Source of the DNA: Candidatus Altimarinota bacterium
GTDB taxonomy: Bacteria > Patescibacteriota > Gracilibacteria > BD1-5 > JAGOOR01
Length of the DNA: 64,000 nt
Assembly: GCA_023268615.1 (NCBI GenBank)
Contig: JALQUC010000011.1
Location: 3,040-67,039, forward strand
Direction of reading: 5' to 3'
The stretch's first letter is position 1, and each line of letters starts with the position of its first letter. The notes beneath the pieces are model-generated. The model did no database searches, was not told the origin of the DNA, and saw nothing but the letters and a program-made list of their open reading frames with translations. Shown here piece by piece: positions 56,640-64,000 of this stretch. The position numbers and the translations under genes were made by a program.

Positions 56640-57686
56640 TTATCGGAGGTATTTTGCTTTATTTGCTTCATGCTCAGCTTCTGTTGTGGCTGTGCGGATG
56701 ACTCCTCCAGAATCATGGAGATAATACCAGGCTGGTGTTTCTGCTGTGGCATTGAGTGTCGCCATAAATGCATCTCTGGATACGCTTGCGATTGGTGTTG
56801 GCGGGAGTCCTATCTTTGTTCGAGTATCATAGATATTATTTTTTGCATCACGGACACTCTTTGCGAGACTGTAGTGATTGTTGACATATTTTTGGCACTC
56901 ATTTCCTGGTATGAGTTCGGCATAGCATACTGTGATATCTGCTCCTATGTGCCATCCTTGTCGGAGTCTTTTTTTGAGAATATCTGCTACTATTGGGAGC
57001 TGTGTCGAGCTTTTCTCTTCTTCACCGACGATAGAGGCGAGTATGAGTACATCATAAAATGCATCAACTGGTTTGCCACTGGCGATAAATGGATCGTAGA
57101 TTCGTATCACGAAATTATCAAGCATTTTTGAGACCATTGTTGTCACATCAGTTCAACCAGCTATCCTGTATGTATCTGGCATGAGAAAACCCTCGAGAGA
57201 AGTTTTGCCTGCGAGAAATGGATATTTTGGCGTGAGAGCTGCGAGGATATTTTTTTCCTCGGCAAGTAGATCTCCATCTATATTATTTTTTTGAAATGCT
57301 TCAGCGATTTCACTCTTGTGCCATCCTGGTAGGAGCGTGATTTCTTGTTCTGTAGGAGTAGGATTCTCGAGCATGACAAAGACTTCTTCGAGCGTGTTGG
57401 TGCCCTCAGGTACAGAAAATATTCCAGATTTCAAAACTATATCAGGAGCAAAAAACATTTTCCAGAGCTTGAATCTGGTATGGCTCACATCTACCTCGAG
57501 GAGTGTGTCGAGATTTGCTAGGGCTGCACCTTTTGGTATCACGAGTGTCTTTTCCAAATTTACTGGCGTACCTCCTGTCCATGATATCCAGAAAAATCCG
57601 AATACGAGAAGGAGAATTCCAGCAAGAGCTGCCTTTACTTGAGTGGATAGTTTTTTCTGATGTATTTGAGTTCGTTGGTAGTTCAT
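56640..57686 (-). CDS. mltG: endolytic murein transglycosylase MltG (YceG-like)
   Basis: 348 aa with one TGA. N-terminal TM helix, and motifs SLEGFLMPDTY, ASIVGEE and GLPPTPIASV. Confidence 0.85.
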
Positions 57687-58186
57687 ACAAATTGAATGAC
57701 ATTACTAGCAGGCTGTTTTCCAGCAGTTCCTGGAAGTATCTTTAAAACATCAATATTGTCACAAAAAACACTGTTGACTTCATCTATAGTGTGGCATTCT
57801 TCTTCTCCTGCTTTATTTGCTGAAGTGAGGAAGAGAGGTGACCGTATATAGCTCATAGTTTCTGCTGAGAGGCAGGTTTCCGCGACTCTGAATCATACAG
57901 TCCTGTATTGCATTTCATCGAGGAGTGGATATTCATCACGGAAATCATCTTTTACTTCGCAGACTATGGTAAAAGGGAATTTATAGGTTTTGAGGAAATT
58001 TATCTGAGAAGGTGTGAGTGTAGTCTCATAGAGGAGATCATCCCATGTTGGTACGAGTATTGCGAGAGGTTTTTTGGTGTCTCTTCATTTGAGAGTATAG
58101 ATGAGATTGTATCCCTCACGGTCGTCGAGACGACATCCTATACCAATACATGTGTCAGTGGGAACCACGAATATTTTTGCAGTCAT
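57635..58186 (-). CDS. tsaC: L-threonylcarbamoyladenylate synthase TsaC/YrdC
   Basis: Motifs VVPTDTCIGIGC and FLTSANKAGEE. Under code 25 it reads through the TGA at 57683-57685 (inside ATGA with the mltG start) to TAA 57635. Confidence 0.75.
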
Positions 58187-58226
58187 AGACCTATGAGCTT
58201 ATGCAAACTGAGCTATTTTGCAAGTT

Positions 58227-58670
58227 TTACTCAACAAAGTGATACATGCCTATTCATGCAGCAACGGCGACATTGAGCGACTCTTTCTTGCCGAGCATAG
58301 GTAGGTGACAGATATGATCTGCCATTTTTTGTGCTGTTGCACTCACTCATTCGAGCTCATTTCCCATTATGAGGGCAAGAGAGAGATTTTTCTCAAGTTC
58401 AAAGAGGGAATCACTTTTCTCATTTTTTTCCATGACAACGATAGTGCATCAGAGATTTTTATAGGCTTCGATGGCGTCCTCTATTTTTTCATAGTATTCC
58501 CATGGTACCCAATTTTCTGCACCGAGAGCGGTTTTGCTTATCTCCTTTCTGGGGGGAGTGGGAGTATAGCCGACACAGACGACACGGTCAAATCATGCAC
58601 CATCGGCTGTGCGGATTATGGCACCGACATTATTGAGTGAACGGACATTTTCGAGGATTATGGCTTTCAT
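58227..58670 (-). CDS. TrmH/SpoU-family RNA 2'-O-methyltransferase
   Basis: 147 aa with 4 TGA. Motifs NVGAIIRTADGAG(TGA)F, LIMGNELEG and SLNVAVAAG. Confidence 0.8.
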
Positions 58671-58719
58671 TCGACAAATAGTGATTTTTACTACAATGAC
58701 AGCAGTATAATCATCTCTT

Positions 58720-59013
58720 ATGAAAATCTATATCAAACCTTCTTGTCCTTACTGTATCAGGCTTCTCTCACTCCTCGACGATGCAGCACATACATACGAA
58801 ACTATTGATGTCCTCAGTCATCCTGATCAAAATGAAGAGATGATAAAAAAATCAGGGCAGAGGGGTGTCCCAGAGGTAGAGATCGCCAATGTCATAATAC
58901 CAGACTATGTCACCGAGGAGACGCTGGTAGCTGATATAGAGACTATTCTCACAGCAGGTTCTGTGAATGAAGAAGTCATGAAAAAACTGACGAGTACTGT
59001 TATTTATATCTAA
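58720..59013 (+). CDS. glutaredoxin-like protein
   Basis: 97 aa with a CPYC active site and ..GQRGVPEV. Confidence 0.75.
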   Translation: MKIYIKPSCPYCIRLLSLLDDAAHTYETIDVLSHPDQNEEMIKKSGQRGVPEVEIANVIIPDYVTEETLVADIETILTAGSVNEEVMKKLTSTVIYI

Positions 59014-59021
59014 ACTTGCGA

Positions 59022-59678
59022 ATGAAGGAAATTATTCTCATTGATGAAACATCTGACCTCGAGCTTCATTTTGATCAAGGTGGGGAAGTAGTCGTCTATG
59101 ATCAGACTCATACAGATGAGCTCTTTCGCAAAGTGATTATTTGCAATAATACGCAGCTCCGATGGTATGGTGCTATTTCGGGTCAAAATACATACAATCT
59201 CCAATTTATTACTCAATCAGGTGAGAGCATTGTGAGGATACTTCTTCTCGCGACAGCAGATGAAAAACTTACAACTACAATACATTCTACACTACAATCC
59301 TCACAGACGGTGAGCAATATTCATATCCTCTCACTCGTTGGAGAATCAGGCATTATCGAGCTCAATGGAACAGTTCAGATAGATGCACATATTGCGAAAG
59401 TAAAAGGTCATATCTTGGAAGAAAATATTTTCCTCGGCTCAAAGGGGAGTATCCGAGGCATTCCTTCTCTTTTCGTTCATTCGGATGATGTCGAGGCAGG
59501 GCATGCGGCCCGTATTGAGCGCGTATCAGATGAGAAACTCTATTATCTCCGTTCTCGCGGTATTCCAAAAGATGATGCAACAGTGATGATGATAGAAAGT
59601 GCTGTTGCAGGATTATTGGAAGGGCTGGATGAGAAGTATCAGGAAGAGATTGTAGCAAAAATTACGAAGATTTTTTAG
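59022..59678 (+). CDS. short SufB/SufD-family Fe-S assembly protein
   Basis: Motif ..DVEAGHAARIERVSDEKLYYLRSRGIPKDDA... About 218 aa, shorter than typical SufD. Confidence 0.6.
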   Translation: MKEIILIDETSDLELHFDQGGEVVVYDQTHTDELFRKVIICNNTQLRWYGAISGQNTYNLQFITQSGESIVRILLLATADEKLTTTIHSTLQSSQTVSNIHILSLVGESGIIELNGTVQIDAHIAKVKGHILEENIFLGSKGSIRGIPSLFVHSDDVEAGHAARIERVSDEKLYYLRSRGIPKDDATVMMIESAVAGLLEGLDEKYQEEIVAKITKIF

Positions 59679-60642
59679 CTTCCCAGTACGCTCTTATTGC
59701 TATCATAGCCGCATTATCACCACAGTATCTCATAGATTTTGGAGTGTAATAGGGGATATTATTTTCCTCTGAATATTTCTCCATGATTTTTCTTAGAGCA
59801 GAATTAGCGCTGACTCCACCGACGAGACCGATACTTTTTGCTCCTGTTTTTTTCTGAGCTTCTATGAGGCGTTTTGAGAGTATGTTTGTTATTATCCCTT
59901 GATACCCATACGAGATTTCTATGAGGTCGGTTTCTGTGATTTTGTCGTGGTCTTTTATTCTCAGTTCTATTTCCCTGAGGGCTGCAGACTTGAGTCCAGA
60001 AAATGAGAAATTGAGATTTCATTCTGGGAGCACGAGAGGGAAAGAGGGGATATTTTTATGAATTGCAGGATCATATTTTTGAGCGAGTTCGTCGATGTAG
60101 CGACCTGCTGGGAAGGGGAGTCAGAGGCTTCGTCCGACCTTGTCCATACTCTCACCGGCACTATCATCGACCGTACTTCCTACTTTTTCTATTTCATACA
60201 GTGATTTCCAGAAAAACAGATCATTGTGTCAGCCAGAAGCAGAAAGGACAATCATGGGAAAATGTAATTCTTCGAGTTTTCGTTCGAGGAGAATTGAGAA
60301 GATGTGTCCTTCGATATGGTTGACCCATATGAGAGTTTTTTTGTGAGCTATGGCGAGAGTTTTTGCAACTGTTTTTCCAATCAGGAGTGATGGCACAAGT
60401 CCTGGCTCACTCGTCGCAGCAAATACATCTACAGTGTTGAGTTCAATTCCGCCATCAGCAAGTACTCTAGTAATCAAGGCAAAAATATGGTCAGCATGAA
60501 GTCTCGCAGCGACCTCTGGGACGACTCCGAGTGTTTGAATATGCTCCAACTGTGTATGAGTATGCATCGAGATGAGTACATCATCTCGGAGAAGTGCTAC
60601 AGAGGTGTCATCACACGAGGATTCAAAAGCAAGGAGGTACAT
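59662..60642 (-). CDS. tsaD: tRNA N6-adenosine threonylcarbamoyltransferase TsaD
   Basis: 326 aa, codon-walked (3 TGA). Motifs AFESSCDDTSVA, NHIEGH, DDSAGESMDKVGR and GGVSANSALR. Confidence 0.88.
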
Positions 60643-60735
60643 ATGAGCTTAATATTTCTGATAAGTTTAATAGGTTTAATTTGTTTGGAAAGATTTTTGT
60701 AAAATAAAACTCCATTACTGGAGTTAGGTTATTCA

Positions 60736-60812
60736 TGGTGGGTGATATAAGACTCGAACTTATGACCCCCTGCTTGTAAGGCAGGTGCTCTAACCAACTG
60801 AGCTAATCACCC
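60736..60812 (-). tRNA. tRNA-Val (anticodon UAC)
   Basis: GGGTGAT-TA-GCTC..GAGC-A-CCTGC-CTTACAA-GCAGG-GGGTC-ATAAG-TTCGAGT-CTTAT-ATCACCC-A-CCA. Confidence 0.9.
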
Positions 60813-60868
60813 GAACGCACGCTACTATATCCAAAAGAGATAAATTGCAAAATTATTTTTTCTTCTAG

Positions 60869-60896
60869 TTGTCAATTTGTCTATTTCTCTTACAAT
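60869..60896 (+). promoter_or_regulatory. sigma70-like promoter candidate for rlmN
   Basis: TTGTCA, then 16 nt, then TACAAT. Lies 11 nt upstream of ATG 60907. Confidence 0.4.
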
Positions 60897-60906
60897 CCAC
60901 GAAAAT

Positions 60907-62001
60907 ATGCAATCTATCTACGACAACATAGCACTGGGGAAATTTCTCGAAGAACAAGGAGAGAAGTCTTTTCGTGTGAATCAGATCTATCAGGCACTCT
61001 ACAAAGACCTCGTTGAAGATCTCTCTGAATGCACAACGATATCGGCAAAACTCCGGGATGCACTCAAAGAAGAATTTACACAGCATATACTCACCGTGAG
61101 TCATGTGACGACTTCTGCCAACGGTCAGACCACGAAATTCCTCCTCGACACTCATGATGATAAGCATATCGAGTGTGTCATTATGCGTCATCTCTCTGGT
61201 CGCAATACGCTCTGTATATCATGTCAGGCGGGCTGCCCTATGGCATGTACATTTTGTGCGACAGGAAAACTCTGACTTCTCCGTAATCTCACAGTAGGAG
61301 AGATAGTTGAACAAGTGATGATCGCAATTCATCATCTCAAAAAAGAAGGCCTTCAACTCAGAAATATAGTCTTCATGGGTATGGGTGAGCCATTTCTCAA
61401 TTATCCTGAGGTTCATAAGGCTCTCGAGATATTCTGTGGTCCCAAATTTCTCAATTTCTCTGAGAGGCGCGTCACCATCTCTACTTGTGGCATCGTACCG
61501 GGTATCAAAAAGCTCATGGTCGACCACCCCCAAGTGAGTCTCGCTATATCACTTCATGCACCCAATGATGAAGCTCGCAAGAGTATTATGCCTGTTGATA
61601 ATACCTATCCACTCGATGTCCTCATGAAGACTCTGGACGAATATGTAGAGAAAACAAATAAGAGAATCTTCTATGAATATATCATGATACAATGAGTGAC
61701 AGATAAGCTCTCATATGCCTACGAACTGGCTGATCTCATGCAGGATCGTCTTGGTCATGTGAATTTTATCCCGTATAATGCAGGAGAGGGCATCATGGGA
61801 AATAATATGCAGCCTACACCTTCGCTGATAATCAAGAAGTTTCAAAAAGTTCTCGAAGAACGCTGAGTGCCTTCTACAGTCAGATATACAATGGGTGATG
61901 ATATAGACGCTGCGTGTGGGCAATTGGCTCTCAAAGTCGACGGGAAAAAAATAGCTGAAGTAGAAGGGAAAAGTATTACTGCTAATTTGTCCGGTAAATA
62001 A
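60907..62001 (+). CDS. rlmN: 23S rRNA/tRNA adenine-C2 methyltransferase RlmN (radical SAM)
   Basis: 364 aa with 3 TGA. Motifs CQAGCPMACTFCATGKLG, FMGMGEPFLN and DDIDAACGQL. Confidence 0.9.
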
Positions 62002-62025
62002 TTTAAAATTGACAGTTGAATAAAT

Positions 62026-62034
62026 TGATATAAT
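62026..62034 (+). promoter_or_regulatory. extended -10 promoter candidate (TGATATAAT)
   Basis: TGnTATAAT match 15 nt upstream of ATG 62049, with TTGACA at 62009. Confidence 0.35.
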
Positions 62035-62048
62035 CATATATTTAATAC

Positions 62049-62822
62049 ATGACTTTGCTTGTTCAAGACATGTGATATTCCTATGAGCCTCTTCAGACGA
62101 GATTGGCTGCTAAGAGGCTTTATTACTGAAGGAATGCTCAATTTCAGGCCCCAAAGCATTCTTCTCATATAGTTGGTCGATTTCATGAACGCCTCATGGG
62201 TGTTATTACAGCTGGTGAAGATATCTGATGAGTTTCTCGAGATGACTGAGATATTCGTCTCAAAAATGGGAAAATATTGGAAGTGAAGGCATGACATTAT
62301 AGATACCCATTTGGTAGGAAGAATTGGGTTTTCTGACCAACACAACTCGAAGCTCTCGAAAAAAAAGATGATATAGATGATTACTATCTAGCACTTTTTT
62401 GTTATTGAATAGAAAATGGAATGTCTCCAGAGCCAGCTACTATCGAATACGGTAAGTATGTTGTTCAGCATTATACAAGTAATTTTCTTATATTTATGAA
62501 GTACGCTGACTGTCTTTTGCTTCATGAACAAGGTAAAATCACTACTGCTCACTCTGGTTGATATTCACGCAAGATTCTTCTTTTCCGTCATGTATTAGAG
62601 CTTGCACAAGTTCGAGCGCTCTGATCTGATTCTCAACTTTTTTCAAATATAGATATACCAAAGGAAACATCTATGGTTCCTCTTATCGGCAAAGACGCTC
62701 GTCTTAGAACAAGAAATGTGCTTTTAGGTATTGATGTAAATCCATTCGAAATTTCTGACACATTTTCTCCGGAAATGTGGCTATCTAGATTTAAAGCACC
62801 ATATATTGGCCCTACTTTGTAG
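62049..62822 (+). CDS. hypothetical protein, unusually TGA-rich
   Basis: 257 codons walked one by one with no TAA/TAG and ten TGA codons. Contains a D..(10)..EVK segment (DGDIRLKNGKILEVKAG). No family recognised. Confidence 0.5.
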
Positions 62823-62901
62823 ACTTTTATATACGAATTGTTCCAGGATAAGAGTCTATGTTTTTTCATTTATTAAATAAAAAAATCGCTATAATCATAA
62901 T

Positions 62902-63441
62902 ATGAATCACGAACTTCCTATCATCGATGAAGTAGAGAGGCTCAAGGCTCAGAAACGCTATTCTGAGGCTCGTGTCATGATAGAGTGAGCTATCGCTCGA
63001 TATCCTTATCGCTATGAGCTCTATGAGGAACTCGCTGATGTGTACATCTATGAAGGTGATTATTCTCGTGCCGAGAAAGCTCTGAATTATTCAGAAAAAC
63101 TCGAATCTGGATCTTCTACAGGTCTCTATCTCCGCTGATATATGGCCCTGATTCGCAATGATTTTGAACAAGCAATTAAAAACCTCGAAGAATCTAATCA
63201 AAAAAGTCCTAATAATCCTGAAGTGCTGCGCAATCTCGGGTGGGCCTATACTATGATGGGAGATGTAAAAAAATGAGTCATCCTCCTCGAGCGTGCTCTT
63301 ACTATAGCTCCTGATGACATGCTCATCATGGAGGATCTCTGAGTCGCTCTTCTCACTCAAGGAAAAATCAAAGAAGCCCGTGAATATCTGAGTCGTGTTG
63401 GGAAAGAGAGTCATATGAGTGATATGTGATTTCCTGTATAG
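62902..63441 (+). CDS. TPR-repeat protein
   Basis: 179 aa with 5 TGA. TPR-like repeats (YSEARVMIEGAIARYP.., FEQAIKNLEESNQKSP.., LERALTIAPDD..). TATAAT at 62890. Confidence 0.65.
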
Positions 63442-63447
63442 CTCTCT

Positions 63448-64000
63448 ATGTTTCGTACCAATTTCCTCCAAGACGATCAGTCTTATCTCGTTGCTGACTA
63501 TGACCATTTTTCCCTGACTGTGTGAGTGTTAAAATTTGAAAAAAGAGTTCCTCATTTACAGTATTGTGTGAGGAGTTTCTTCCCGCCAGAAAAACGAGAA
63601 TTCCATCCCAGAATTTTTGAGCAACATTTCTCACAGTGCTGTGATCAGCTGCGTGAAAAATTGTGAGAAATACCAGAAGAAGTCTGTATATTTCTCGATA
63701 ATGGTGAATCACTGACGACTTCCACCGGTTATACTTTTACTCGTGAGAATAGTCATGAGCCTGTTCACCTCGAAGAGCTAGATTCATACGCTAATAAGCT
63801 CCTCCTCCAGTCTGATAATCAGGCCAAAAGGCTCTGGGAAGAAGAGTATTGATATCATGGAACTGATAGAAAACTCGTATCAATATTTCTCTCTCACCTC
63901 GCTCTCGACAAAAAACACTATACATTTCCTCTTGGGAAGAATGCTTCACATATTACTATGCGTTGTCTTTTTTTCTACGGTAGTCAGATGCTCCTCGATG
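63448..64000 (+). CDS. hypothetical protein, possibly FtsA/actin-like (N-terminal part; continues beyond the window)
   Basis: ATG 63448, 3 TGA, open to the right edge. Only weak resemblance to an FtsA SHS2 region (..FPLGKNASHITMRCLFFYG..). Confidence 0.35.

Noticed and set aside
62475-62869. Minus-strand ORF (MKKHRLLSWNN.., about 131 codons with TGA read-through) as the gene in the rlmN-TPR gap
   Set aside because: The + frame is open for 257 codons in roughly 38% GC DNA, which is much less likely by chance. It also has a promoter-like element. The minus ORF is treated as its shadow, though this is not proven.
1-64000. rRNA genes, transposases/IS elements, reverse transcriptases (YxDD), toxin-antitoxin pairs and cas genes
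   Set aside because: No corresponding motifs were recognised in any re-stitched product. Absence is by visual inspection only, not by profile search.

Overview
This 64 kb window looks like a streamlined Patescibacteria/CPR chromosome of the Gracilibacteria or Absconditabacteria (SR1) type, read with genetic code 25 (TGA = Gly). Nearly every conserved gene is broken in the standard-code ORF track only by in-frame TGA codons. Those codons fall on invariant glycines: FtsH GGG-HDEREQ, P-loops of FolC, an ABC exporter and a T4SS ATPase, MTase DIGSGTG, pyruvate kinase DLQGPK and the prepilin G|FTLVE site. I re-stitched the genes by hand across TGA and checked frames by coordinate arithmetic and codon walking. 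This gives about 68 CDS, tmRNA, tRNA-Thr(CGU) and tRNA-Val(UAC). I recognised no rRNA, transposase, integrase or cas gene. Housekeeping content includes folC, grpE, pcrA, frr, murI, murD, dnaB, ftsH, efp, rplA, secA, pnp, pth, rpsP, lepA, mltG, tsaC, tsaD and rlmN. Accessory content worth a second look: (1) an AT-rich islet next to pnp holding a 34-nt/32-nt CRISPR-like mini-array, an inverted anti-repeat-like copy and a 421-aa protein with two RNxxxH (HEPN-type) motifs; (2) dispersed T4SS/T4P-like genes, including two proteins built from three tandem pilin-like hairpins, a VirD4-like ATPase and a STAS-PilT fusion; (3) an AT-rich gene set directly downstream of tmRNA; (4) identical short tandem repeats embedded in-frame in unrelated enzymes; (5) decayed tRNA-Thr copies. 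No database search was possible, so family calls rest on recognised motifs and start codons are approximate.
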